DNA from: Spirochaetales bacterium
GTDB lineage: Bacteria; Spirochaetota; Spirochaetia; Treponematales; UBA12059
Direction of reading: 5' to 3'
Length of the DNA stretch: 64,000 bases
Assembly: GCA_016928955.1 (NCBI GenBank)
Contig: JAFGJV010000048.1
Span: forward strand, 1-64,000
Below, one piece after another: positions 45,358-54,721 of the stretch. Every line of letters starts with the position of its first letter. Position 1 is the first letter of the stretch. The notes below the pieces were generated by a model, which worked only from the letters and a program-made list of their open reading frames with translations, had not been told where the DNA came from and searched no databases. The position numbers and the translations under genes were made by a program.

Positions 45358-46692
45358 ATGAAACGTTCAATGTGGGTATGCGTGGCTGTTGTCCTGGCCC
45401 TGCTTGCCGGCTGTAGCCAACCGCTTGGGGCGCCCGCGGGGCTGGGCGAGCCTGATCCGTCCCTTGCGCCTGAAGGCTTGGCCATGGGCATGGGGGCCGT
45501 CGACACAAGCTCCCGGGGGACCTTGTCGCCTGAGGCCGTGGAAGCCAGGGCCCTGGGGTATGTGGCCGGCATAGACGTCAGCTACTACCAAGGCGCCATA
45601 GACTGGAAGGCAGTGTACGCCGCCGGCAAGCGTTTTGCCTTCGCGCGCGTCAGTTACGGCACGAACACCGTGGACTCGCGCTTTGCGGCCAACTGGCCGG
45701 CCATGAAAGCCGCAGGCATCATCCGCGGCGCGTACCAGTTCTTCAGGCCGAGCCAGGACGCCGCCGCCCAGGCCAATCTTTTCCTGTCCAAGCTCGGCAA
45801 GCTCGAGGCCGGAGACCTGCCCGCCGTCATAGACGTGGAGGTGACCGAAGGCGTGGCCGGCTCGGTCATTGTGTCCAAGGTCAGAACCTGGGTGAACATC
45901 GTGAAAGCCGCCACCGGCAAGATGCCCATCATATACACTTCACCTGGTTTCTGGAATTCGTTGCCAGGCACGTCAGTGCTGTCCGACTGCACGCTCTGGG
46001 TGGCCCACTGGGGAGTATCCAGCCCCAGCCTGCCGTCCGCGTGGTCGTCCTGGAAATTCTGGCAGTATTCAGACTCGGGTTCCGTGTCCGGCATATCCGG
46101 GGCCGTTGACCTGGACTGGTTCAACGGCGACCTGACCGCCCTCAAGCTGTTCGCGTCCACCAAGGTGGCCGTGTACGAGGCGCCCTTTACGCGTAGTCTC
46201 AGACTTGCTAGCCCGATTATGACCGGGCGCGACGTGACGCTCCTGCAGACCCTGCTCAACGACTGGGCCAAGGCCACTGGCCGCGCCCCTATAGCCGCAG
46301 ACGGAGTCTTTGGAAACGGCACCTCATCCCTGGTTAAAACCTTCCAGGGCGCCCGCGGCCTGCTAGCCGACGGCATCGCCGGACCGGCCACCCAGGCGGA
46401 ACTGGTCCGCGTGTTCACGTCCCTGACCACGTATTACACGCCGTACACCCGCACCCTGAGGCGAACCAGCCCGACCATGTACGGCAATGACGTGAAGGCT
46501 TTCCAGACAGCGTACAACGTGTGGGCGCGCCTTAAGGGCCAACCCACGCTCGTGGTGGACGGATACTTTGGCCTTGCGTCCGAAAACGCGGCCTTACGGT
46601 TCCAGGGCGCCGAGACACGACTGCTCGGAGCGCCTGACGGCATAGCCGGAAAGATGACGCAACGCTTGTTGTTCGTGAGGAGCTGGAAGTAA
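45358..46692 (+). CDS. GH25 muramidase lipoprotein with two peptidoglycan-binding domains
   Basis: LAGC lipobox; GIDVSYYQG, GAYQF, IDVE, WVAHW, WQYS, VDLD; two repeats of LRxxSPxMxGxDV..Q..DG.FG...FQ...DGIAG. Confidence 0.9.
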   Translation: MKRSMWVCVAVVLALLAGCSQPLGAPAGLGEPDPSLAPEGLAMGMGAVDTSSRGTLSPEAVEARALGYVAGIDVSYYQGAIDWKAVYAAGKRFAFARVSYGTNTVDSRFAANWPAMKAAGIIRGAYQFFRPSQDAAAQANLFLSKLGKLEAGDLPAVIDVEVTEGVAGSVIVSKVRTWVNIVKAATGKMPIIYTSPGFWNSLPGTSVLSDCTLWVAHWGVSSPSLPSAWSSWKFWQYSDSGSVSGISGAVDLDWFNGDLTALKLFASTKVAVYEAPFTRSLRLASPIMTGRDVTLLQTLLNDWAKATGRAPIAADGVFGNGTSSLVKTFQGARGLLADGIAGPATQAELVRVFTSLTTYYTPYTRTLRRTSPTMYGNDVKAFQTAYNVWARLKGQPTLVVDGYFGLASENAALRFQGAETRLLGAPDGIAGKMTQRLLFVRSWK

Positions 46693-46703
46693 AACAAAGA
46701 AAG

Positions 46704-46761
46704 CTGACGCCTCCTGTCCAGAATCGGCGGCTTGTGCCGCCGAATGGACGGGAGACGGTCA
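46704..46761. terminator. Long stem-loop between convergent genes
   Basis: CTCCTGTCCA..TCGGCGGC-ttgt-GCCGCCGA..TGGACGGGAG. Confidence 0.55.
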
Positions 46762-47475
46762 GCCGTTCACGGGAGCCGGCACCTGTCTCAGCTCAAAGGT
46801 CACGCCGTACAGCTCTGACAGGCGGCCGGGCTCGAGCGTCGCCGCGGTCGGACCGTGCGATAATAGGCGCCCAGCCTTGATGAGGGCCGCGTCGTCCGCG
46901 GAGGCGAGGGCAAAATACAAATCATGTGTGGACACGAGGACGCCCTTGCCGGCCCGAGCCATGTCCCTGACCACTGCTCCAACAGCGGCCACGTGCGCCG
47001 GATCCAGCATGTCGGTCGGCTCGTCCAGGATTACCCAGGCTGAATCCTGGACCAGGGCGCGGGCAAGCCTGACCAGTTGCAGTTCCCCGCCGGACAGAGC
47101 CGTGATGCGCTTTTTGGCAAAAGCGCCCATACCGACGCTGTCCAGGGCCCTGAGCGCCAACTCCCTCTCTCGTCCGCCCGGAACTCCAAGGTACGGCAGG
47201 TGGGGGGCCCGGCCAAAGGTCACGTACTCGCAGCAGGTGAAGGAAAACGCCAGGCGCTCCGATTGCGGCAGGAAAGCCGCCCGGCCCTCCCTGCTCACGG
47301 TTCCCGAACAGGGTTTGAGCCAGCCTGCCGCCATACCCAGGGCCGTGGATTTTCCGGAACCGTTCGGTCCAAGCAAGGCCAGCACCCTGCCGGGCAACGC
47401 GCGCAGGCTGAGGCCGTCCACGGCCAGGCGCGGCTCTCCCTTGTAGCGGTAGCTGGCGTTTGCGAATTCTATCAT
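46759..47475 (-). CDS. ABC transporter ATP-binding protein (FecE/BtuD type)
   Basis: GPNGSGKS, LSGGE, ILDEPT, STHD. Confidence 0.9.
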   Translation of the reverse strand: MIEFANASYRYKGEPRLAVDGLSLRALPGRVLALLGPNGSGKSTALGMAAGWLKPCSGTVSREGRAAFLPQSERLAFSFTCCEYVTFGRAPHLPYLGVPGGRERELALRALDSVGMGAFAKKRITALSGGELQLVRLARALVQDSAWVILDEPTDMLDPAHVAAVGAVVRDMARAGKGVLVSTHDLYFALASADDAALIKAGRLLSHGPTAATLEPGRLSELYGVTFELRQVPAPVNG

Positions 47476-47477
47476 GG

Positions 47478-48476
47478 CTACCCCCGCTCCACGCGCACGC
47501 GCCTGCCCAGGAGCAGGAACACGAAGGCGCCCGTGCCCAGGAAAGCCGTTACCACGCCCAGGGGCAGCTCGCCCGGGAAAAGCCCGCGGGCCACGGCGTC
47601 GGCAAGCACCACAAAACCGGCGCCCAGTATCGCGGAGCCAGGCACGGTGGGCGACGAGTCGGTGCCCAGTGCCAGCCTGGCGGCATGCGGGACGATGAGA
47701 CCCACCCAGGAAACGGCGCCCGCCATGGCGCTGACCGCTGCCACGCCCAGGGCTGCCGCCGCCAGGGCCAGGCCGCGTTCCAACGAAGGCCGCGCTCCCA
47801 GCGTCGACGCGGTGGCTTCGTCCAGGGACAGGATGGCCAGGCGGAACCTGGTGAGCGACAAGTAGGCAACGGCCACCAGAGCCGGCGCGCTCGCCATGCC
47901 CAAGGTCGCCCAGGTGGCTCCGGACAGGCCTCCCATCATCCAGTAGCTGATTTCCGGTAATTCTTTGCGGGGATCGGCGCCGTATTTGATCAAGGCCACG
48001 GCCGCTGAGAACAGGGCCGACACGGCTATTCCGGACAGGACCAGGCGCAAGACGGCGCCGCCAAAGCGTATGCGGGCGGCCAGGAACACAGACAGCGCCA
48101 AGGCCAGCACGGCGCCGGCAAAGGCCGAGCCAAACAAGCCCAAGGAGCCAAAACCCAAAACCAAGGCAAGCGCCGCTCCGAACGACGCGCCCTGGCTGAC
48201 GCCAAGGAAACCGGCGTCCACCAAGGGGTTGGCGAATATCAGCTGGAAGGCGCACCCCGCGGCGCCCAGGGTCGCGCCCAGCAGCAGGGCCGCCAGCACG
48301 CGCGGCAGGCGTATGAGCAGGACCACGTTCCTTGCCATGGCATCCGACGCCAGGTCGGCGGGATCCATGAATCCCGGCTGCGGGTAGCGGCCAAAAAGCA
48401 GGGCTCCAAAAGCTAGCGCGGCAAGGGCCAGCAAGGCCAGGACCAAACGCCGCCCGGGCCGCGCGGCCGCTCTCAT
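47478..48476 (-). CDS. FecCD-family ABC permease
   Basis: IRLPRVLAA, FANPLVDAGFLGVSQGA, WMMG, WVGLIVPH, ELPLGVVTA. Confidence 0.92.
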   Translation of the reverse strand: MRAAARPGRRLVLALLALAALAFGALLFGRYPQPGFMDPADLASDAMARNVVLLIRLPRVLAALLLGATLGAAGCAFQLIFANPLVDAGFLGVSQGASFGAALALVLGFGSLGLFGSAFAGAVLALALSVFLAARIRFGGAVLRLVLSGIAVSALFSAAVALIKYGADPRKELPEISYWMMGGLSGATWATLGMASAPALVAVAYLSLTRFRLAILSLDEATASTLGARPSLERGLALAAAALGVAAVSAMAGAVSWVGLIVPHAARLALGTDSSPTVPGSAILGAGFVVLADAVARGLFPGELPLGVVTAFLGTGAFVFLLLGRRVRVERG

Positions 48477-49504
48477 CTCCAGTCGCCCGCCATGCGCGGA
48501 AGGATCACAGCGTTGAACGAATCGTCGTCCAGATCGTAAAAGAGCCTATAAAAACGCCTGGCCTCGGGCTCCAGCCCCGGTGAGCGGCCGGGATACAGCA
48601 CCTTGGACAGCCACAGAAGTCCCAGGCCCCAGCGCGTGTCCGGTTGGTCCCAGGAGTAGAAATCCTGTGGAAAGCCGTACACCTTACCGGCTTTGAGTGC
48701 CGACAGCGCGGAAAAGCGTGCGTCGCCCTTCATGGCTGGCACCAGGGTGCCGGCGTTCTGTTTGTAGGATATGAGGATGACGATGTCGGGGTTCCACGCC
48801 AGGACCTGCTCGGGGCTTACGGCCGCCCAGCCTGAGCCGGGATTGGCGCCCTTCCATACGGGCGCGCCGCCGGCCATTTCCACAAGGACGGTCTGCATCC
48901 AGGTGTCTGGCGGCACCTCGTAGGCCGAGCCTTTTGCCTGCATGACCAGAACCCTGGGCACCTTGACGCCCGCCTTTTTTGCGCCGGCTACCGCGCTTGA
49001 CACCCGCGCAACCACGTCCTTGTAGTAGGCCACCAGGCCTGCGGCCCGCTCTTCCTCACCGAACACGGAACCCAGCGTCTGTATGTCTGCGTAATAGTCG
49101 TCCGGAGTTTCCAGGTTGAGGTAGAGCGTCGGCACGCCCAGGGCATCCAGACCCGAGCCCAGGCTGGAGCGCATGGTTTCCTTGAGTATCACCAGGTCCG
49201 GTTGCAGGGCTGCGTACGACTCGGCGCTTGCCGACCTGTCCAGGCTGGGTTTGTCCAGAAAGCCCGGATCCACGGCGTTCAGGAAACTGCCCAGGCCTTG
49301 GTCCGTGCCCGCCACCGACACCACGCTGGCCCGGGCTGAAGGAAACGCGTACACGGCGTCCGCCACCATGGTTACCGCCCTGCCGCCCAGCACGACGCGG
49401 GACGGGTTTTTGGGGAAGGAAGCTGTCCCGCCCGTGCCCTGGGCCGTAACGAAAGAAAAGGCCGCGACAAGCGCGGCTACTACTGCGAACCATCTGATTT
49501 TCAT
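48473..49504 (-). CDS. Class III (FecB/BtuF-type) ABC substrate-binding protein
   Basis: Signal peptide, PSRVV, ESYAALQPDLVI, EQVLAWNPD, WDQP. Start ATG 49504 preceded by TTGATG-N17-TATCAT-N6. Confidence 0.85.
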   Translation of the reverse strand: MKIRWFAVVAALVAAFSFVTAQGTGGTASFPKNPSRVVLGGRAVTMVADAVYAFPSARASVVSVAGTDQGLGSFLNAVDPGFLDKPSLDRSASAESYAALQPDLVILKETMRSSLGSGLDALGVPTLYLNLETPDDYYADIQTLGSVFGEEERAAGLVAYYKDVVARVSSAVAGAKKAGVKVPRVLVMQAKGSAYEVPPDTWMQTVLVEMAGGAPVWKGANPGSGWAAVSPEQVLAWNPDIVILISYKQNAGTLVPAMKGDARFSALSALKAGKVYGFPQDFYSWDQPDTRWGLGLLWLSKVLYPGRSPGLEPEARRFYRLFYDLDDDSFNAVILPRMAGDWR

Positions 49505-49535
49505 AGATGGATGATAGCACGAACCCCATACGGCA

Positions 49536-50183
49536 TCAAGATGAAGGGAAATCGCGTACAGCGATCTCATACTCCTCCGGCGTGTCCATGTCGACGAGGA
49601 TGCCCGGATCGTCCACGTCCACGCTGGTCCAGCCCAGGGCCTGCAGGGCGTCCTTGAGCCGCTCGGACAGGTTTCTGTGCTCCAGCAGTGGGATGAAACC
49701 GTAGGGTATCCATACAGGGTGGCCAAGCCGTCCGCCAAAGGCCGGGAAAACCGCGCTGGCCGAGCTTACTTCCTGCCGCCCTGCCGCGTCCAGCACGGCC
49801 GTAAACGCCTTCACCGGTACCAGCGGCATGTCCGCCGGGCACACAAGGAATCCGCCTGCATCGGGAAGCAGATCCAAGGCGACCCTCGCTCCCGCCAGGG
49901 CGGACGACGCCATGCCGCGTTCCCAGCCTGGATGGCTCTGGAACAGGAGTCCGGGCATGCCGGACAGGGATGCTTCCAGCTCGGCAGCCCGATAGCCGGT
50001 CACCACGAGGGGAAGGCAGCCTGCCGCGCGCGCGGTGGCGGCTACCTGGGCGCACAGCGTCGTAGGCCCTCCCTTTCCCTTCCAGGGCAACAAGGGCTTG
50101 AAGGGCTCCCGCCCGTTGGCCGACATGCGGCTTCCGCGTCCTGCGGCCGGGATCACGCACACGGAGCGCGCTATGATATCCAT
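49536..50183 (-). CDS. MocA/YgfJ-like nucleotidyltransferase (molybdenum cofactor cytidylyltransferase-like)
   Basis: PAAGRGSRM, KPLLP, WERGMASS, ADMP, GHPV, DMDTPEEY. Confidence 0.8.
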   Translation of the reverse strand: MDIIARSVCVIPAAGRGSRMSANGREPFKPLLPWKGKGGPTTLCAQVAATARAAGCLPLVVTGYRAAELEASLSGMPGLLFQSHPGWERGMASSALAGARVALDLLPDAGGFLVCPADMPLVPVKAFTAVLDAAGRQEVSSASAVFPAFGGRLGHPVWIPYGFIPLLEHRNLSERLKDALQALGWTSVDVDDPGILVDMDTPEEYEIAVRDFPSS

Positions 50184-50332
50184 GTGGGGAGTATTCCCGG
50201 CGCCGCCCCAGGGGGTCAAGCGCCGCCTTTCCCCGGAACGGCGTTTTTCGTATACTGATAGTGGGATGGACCTTAGCGTTTGGCGCTCGGCCATCCCTAT
50301 CCGGGCCCTGCGGGGCATGCAAGGCGGTGCGC

Positions 50333-50890
50333 GTGGCTACGACCCTGGCTGTGCTGGAATCTTACCTCCTGGAGGAAGGCCTCAAATATTCCGTGCACGA
50401 GGACTATATACGCACCAGCTTTGCCACGGACCTGTACCGTGACCAGGAAGGCGACCCGTCCGTGTTCATAGCCGCCCGGCTGGACGAGGACGGGGAGTAT
50501 TTCAAGCTGATGGCACCCAACCTGTACGCCTACCCTCCGGACGGGCCCAACCGGGCAGACGTGTTCAGGGTGCTCCTGGGCGTATGCTGGCGCTCCAAGC
50601 TGATCAAATACGAGTACGACGAGCGCGACGGCGAGATCCGCGCCATCATAGAATTTCCCCTTGAGGACGGCACCTTGACCAAGCGCCAGTTCCTGCGTTG
50701 CCTGAACGGACTGGTGCAGATCGTGGACGAGTACCATCCGGCCATAGCCAGCGCCATGTCCGGCGGGCCAGGCTCCCTGGACATGGCAGAGGACGTGTCC
50801 GACAGCCTCCGGCGGGCCGAGCGCCTGTACAAACTGGCCGGTGTCGAGCGGCCCCGGGTGTCGCCCCGGGACCTGCTCCTGGAGGAATGA
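50333..50890 (+). CDS. YbjN-like domain protein
   Basis: LDEDGEYFKLMAPNLY, KYEYDERDGEIRAIIEFPLEDGTLTKRQF resemble YbjN/T3SS-chaperone-fold proteins; start uncertain. Confidence 0.55.
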   Translation: MATTLAVLESYLLEEGLKYSVHEDYIRTSFATDLYRDQEGDPSVFIAARLDEDGEYFKLMAPNLYAYPPDGPNRADVFRVLLGVCWRSKLIKYEYDERDGEIRAIIEFPLEDGTLTKRQFLRCLNGLVQIVDEYHPAIASAMSGGPGSLDMAEDVSDSLRRAERLYKLAGVERPRVSPRDLLLEE

Positions 50891-53112
50891 CCATGTCCCG
50901 CTACGACCGCTACTCGGACAGCGCCCTTGGCGTGCTCATCAAGTCGCAGGACATAGCCCTCCGCGCCGAGAGGGAGGAAACCCAGTCCGCGGACCTAGCC
51001 GCCGCCCTGCTCCTGGCAGCCCTCCCCGACATCGTGGCCATAGCCAAGCGCAACCACGCCTATGTGGACGACTCCAAGCTCAAGACCCTGAACGAGCGGA
51101 TAGAGGCGGCCCCCAGGCGCGAGGCCGACGGGCCGGTCAAGATATCGCCAGAGTTCCGCGTCATCCTGGATTCGGCAGAGGCCCTTGCCGGAGACGCCAA
51201 GGTTGAGCCCCTGCACCTGATAGAAGCGGCGTGGCCGGCCATCAAGGACGATATCACGGCCTTCCTGCGCCCGGAAGCGGCGCCCGTGCTCCGCCTGTCG
51301 CCTGACGAGGTCAGCCTCTATGAAACCGGCGAAACCGACCGGGCCGAGGCGGACGCCGCTCGGATACTGGCCCGCTTTGGCCAGGAACTGACGGCGCAGG
51401 ACGCCGAGCACCTGGTATTCGGGCGCGAGAAGGAGATAGACGCCCTGGCGTCGGCCCTGCTCAAATACTGGAAGCCCAATCCCCTCCTGGTGGGCGAGTC
51501 GGGGGTCGGCAAGACCGCCTTGGTGCACGGCCTGGCGCAGAGAATCAAGCTCGGCGCTGTGCCTCACAATTTGAAACGCGCGCGGATTTTCGAGCTCCGG
51601 GTGTCCGAACTCCTGGCCGGCACTACCCTGCACGGCGCCCTTGAGGAAAACGTCAACCAGGTGGTTGAGGCGGCCGAGCTTTTGCCCGACGCGTTTCTGT
51701 TCATTGACGAGTTCCACCAGGTGGTACCCGCCTTTGCCAACAACCCCATATCAGAGATCCTCAAACCGGCCCTGTCGTCCGGCAGGATACGCTGCATAGG
51801 CGCCACGACCAGTTCCGACTACGCCCGCTACCTGGAAAAGGACGCGGCCTTGCTCAGGCGCTTCCAGACCATCCTGGTCAAGGAGCCCGACAAGGCCACC
51901 GTCAGGGCCATCCTGGAGGGCGTTGCCCCGGTCCTGGAGCGTCATTTCTCCCTGGCCATACCTGCCACCCTGTTGGACCGTGCCCTGGAAATTTCGCGGC
52001 GCTACCTGCCCATGCGCCGCTACCCCGACAAGGCCCTGGACACCCTGGACAGGGCTTGCTCCCGGGCGGCATTTTCCGCCGAGCCTGTCCTGACCGAGGC
52101 CCGTCTCATGGACGCTGTCAGGGACATAGCCAACGTGGTGGCCGATCCCGGCCTGGATTCGCATAGCGGCCTGCCCGGACTGGAAGAAGCCATCCGGAGG
52201 GACATCAAGGGACAGGACGACGCCGTGCGCCTGGTGGCGGAGGCCGTCCGCGTATCCAAGATGCGCCTGGGACTCCACGAAGGCAGGCCCGAGGGAGCGT
52301 TCCTGCTTACGGGTCCGACCGGCGTGGGCAAAACGGCCCTGGCCATCAGCCTTGCCCGGGCCCTATCCGGCCGTGAGGACGCCATCTTCCGCATAGACAT
52401 GAGCGAGTTCTCCGACGGACACACCGCGGCAAGGCTCCTGGGAGCCCCGCCGGGCTACGTGGGTTACGACGATTCGCCCCTGTTGTCGCGAGCCGTGGAC
52501 ACCTGTTCCGGCGGCGTGCTCCTCTTGGACGAGCTGGAAAAGGCCCATCCCCAGGTGCACCGCGTGTTCCTCCAGATACTGGACGCTGGCCGCGCCACGG
52601 ACTCATCTGGGCGCGTTCTGTCCTTCTCGTCCATCACCATCGTGGCCACCTGCAACGTTGGCAGCGAGGCGGCTCCTCCGGTTGGCTTTGGCCAGGACGA
52701 ACTGCCCGGCAGGACGGGTGCGCCTTTGGCCGCGCTCAAACGCGCGTTCCCCGTCGAGCTCCTCAATCGTTTCGACGCCATCGTCCCGTTCCGCAGCCTG
52801 GACCACAACGACGCCATGGCCATACTGAAGGACGGCATAGTGGCCAAGGCCAACGCCACGCTCCTGGAAGAGTACGGCGTGGCGCTCGAGCTGTCCGAGG
52901 AAGCCGCGCGCCTGATTTTGGGCGAGGGTTTCTCCCGCGAGTTCGGTGCGCGTCACCTCCAGCGGGCGTACCGCTCCCTTGTTGCAACTCCCCTGTCGCG
53001 CGCCATCGCGGGTTTGGCCGGTGCGGGCACGATAGACGTTGTGGTCGAGGGAGGCGCTCTGTGCTTCCGGCCTCGAACCAGCCCTGGCTCTGATACCGTT
53101 GGCGACGCCTGA
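50887..53112 (+). CDS. ClpA/ClpC-like Hsp100 AAA+ ATPase
   Basis: Clp N-domain, GESGVGKT/IDEFH, DAALLRRF, PDKALD, GPTGVGKT/LDELEKAH, GAPPGYVG, VGF loop, FGAR. Confidence 0.9.
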   Translation: MTMSRYDRYSDSALGVLIKSQDIALRAEREETQSADLAAALLLAALPDIVAIAKRNHAYVDDSKLKTLNERIEAAPRREADGPVKISPEFRVILDSAEALAGDAKVEPLHLIEAAWPAIKDDITAFLRPEAAPVLRLSPDEVSLYETGETDRAEADAARILARFGQELTAQDAEHLVFGREKEIDALASALLKYWKPNPLLVGESGVGKTALVHGLAQRIKLGAVPHNLKRARIFELRVSELLAGTTLHGALEENVNQVVEAAELLPDAFLFIDEFHQVVPAFANNPISEILKPALSSGRIRCIGATTSSDYARYLEKDAALLRRFQTILVKEPDKATVRAILEGVAPVLERHFSLAIPATLLDRALEISRRYLPMRRYPDKALDTLDRACSRAAFSAEPVLTEARLMDAVRDIANVVADPGLDSHSGLPGLEEAIRRDIKGQDDAVRLVAEAVRVSKMRLGLHEGRPEGAFLLTGPTGVGKTALAISLARALSGREDAIFRIDMSEFSDGHTAARLLGAPPGYVGYDDSPLLSRAVDTCSGGVLLLDELEKAHPQVHRVFLQILDAGRATDSSGRVLSFSSITIVATCNVGSEAAPPVGFGQDELPGRTGAPLAALKRAFPVELLNRFDAIVPFRSLDHNDAMAILKDGIVAKANATLLEEYGVALELSEEAARLILGEGFSREFGARHLQRAYRSLVATPLSRAIAGLAGAGTIDVVVEGGALCFRPRTSPGSDTVGDA

Positions 53113-53162
53113 GCCCGAGTCCCGTACGCGGTCCCGTCTGGCGGCCTGTGCGTTTTCCCTGA

Positions 53163-53191
53163 TTGCCTAAGGCCCTCGGCGGCCGTATACT
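53163..53191 (+). promoter_or_regulatory. sigma70 promoter, probably leaderless
   Basis: TTGCCT-N17-TATACT-N6-ATG; no SD sequence. Confidence 0.7.
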
Positions 53192-53197
53192 TCCAGA

Positions 53198-54061
53198 ATG
53201 TTGTTCCGCGACAGGCCGGACGGCGTCCGCGTCAGGCATGACACCCACATGTCCGCCATGCTCCCCTACGTGATGCGCTCGCGCTCGTCGGCCACCGTGT
53301 ACTTTTCCCGGAACGTGGACGTTGAAGCCGCCCTGTCCTACATACACAGAATGAACGCCGAGCAACCGGGCGCCCGCTACAGCCTGTTCGGCATACTGCT
53401 TTCCGCCGCGGTGCGCGTGTTCGCCCTCAAGCCCAGGCTCAACCGCTTCGTGTCGCGGCGCGGGGTGTACCAGCGCAGCGAACTGTGCTTCTCCTTCATC
53501 GTCAAGCAGTCGCTCACGGAGGAGGCACCCGAGCGCTCGGCCAAGGTCTGGTTCGAGCCGGAGGACACCCTGTCCACCGTGATTGCCAAGACGAACCAGG
53601 CCATTGATTCCATCCGGTCCATAGACCAGACGCCCGACGAGAAGGAGATGAGCTTTGTCGGTTCCATCCCCGGCATGCGCGCCTTCTCCACATTCATCTT
53701 CCGTTTGCTCGACTCGTGGAACATAGCCCCGCGCGGCATGATCAAGTCCGACCCCCTGTACGCGTCGGCGTACTTTGCCAACCTGGGCAGCATAGGCCTG
53801 GAAACGCCCTACCACCACCTGTACGAATGGGGCACGGCCAGCCTGTTCGTGGCCATGGGCACCATCACCCGAGGCGGCAACGGCAGGCGCCAGGTCAACA
53901 TAAAAATATCCCTGGACGAACGCATAGCCGACGGCATCTACTTCGCGCACGCGGCCGGCCTCATGGCCAGGTTCATGAGAAAGCCGGAGGAACTGGAAAT
54001 GCCGCTGGACGACATGAAACGGGGCGGGATTCTGGACACGGAGCCCGCCGGAGCCGAATGA
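53198..54061 (+). CDS. Stand-alone 2-oxoacid dehydrogenase E2/CAT-like acyltransferase domain
   Basis: PRLNRF, ANLGSIG, DERIADG; no lipoyl domain. Confidence 0.75.
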   Translation: MLFRDRPDGVRVRHDTHMSAMLPYVMRSRSSATVYFSRNVDVEAALSYIHRMNAEQPGARYSLFGILLSAAVRVFALKPRLNRFVSRRGVYQRSELCFSFIVKQSLTEEAPERSAKVWFEPEDTLSTVIAKTNQAIDSIRSIDQTPDEKEMSFVGSIPGMRAFSTFIFRLLDSWNIAPRGMIKSDPLYASAYFANLGSIGLETPYHHLYEWGTASLFVAMGTITRGGNGRRQVNIKISLDERIADGIYFAHAAGLMARFMRKPEELEMPLDDMKRGGILDTEPAGAE

Positions 54062-54127
54062 CATCCGTGTCGGCCCGTGCCCGCCCCCGATCTTTGGCAA
54101 GACTGCCGCCGCGATTGAGGAGGAGCC

Positions 54128-54658
54128 ATGGACAAGCATATCGTTGAGGAAGTGCCAGAATTTTACAGGATCATTACCCTGGAACCCTTCCGCAAAACGG
54201 AAGGCGTGCGCTTTGACCTTGTGCCCATGGACCTGCTGCCCCGGATAGACGGCATAGACAGGGTCATCCACGATAAAGACGCCCTGTCCCCAGGCCCCGT
54301 TGGCGGCGTGGAGCGCCCCTGGTACCTGCACCAGTCCCAGGAGGATAACCTGATAGTCCTCCACGGCGTCAGGACCGTGGACATATACACGCTGAAACAC
54401 CGCAGGGTGGAAACCTTCGTGGTGGAGCCTGAACGCGTGCTTAAAAACGGCACACTTGTCTACGATGGCCCCGCCATGCTGGTGTGGCCCTGCAACGTGT
54501 TCCACCGCATACGCTCGGGCGAGCGCGGGTCCGCGTCGCTCAATTTTGCCGTGCGCCATCCCGGCTTTGACATCCGCACGAATTTCAGCGTGTACAGGCT
54601 GGACACGGACACGGGAGACTATTCGGTGATCCGCGCTGGCCACCTGGACCAGAACTGA
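54128..54658 (+). CDS. Hypothetical cupin-like protein
   Basis: WYLHQSQEDNL and WPCNVFHRI suggest cupin metal motifs; GAGGAG RBS. Confidence 0.6.
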   Translation: MDKHIVEEVPEFYRIITLEPFRKTEGVRFDLVPMDLLPRIDGIDRVIHDKDALSPGPVGGVERPWYLHQSQEDNLIVLHGVRTVDIYTLKHRRVETFVVEPERVLKNGTLVYDGPAMLVWPCNVFHRIRSGERGSASLNFAVRHPGFDIRTNFSVYRLDTDTGDYSVIRAGHLDQN

Positions 54659-54721
54659 GAGCTCGCTGATTGCCGCCCCCGGGCAAGGCGCCCGGGGGAC
54701 AAAACGTTCAGGCGACAGTCC

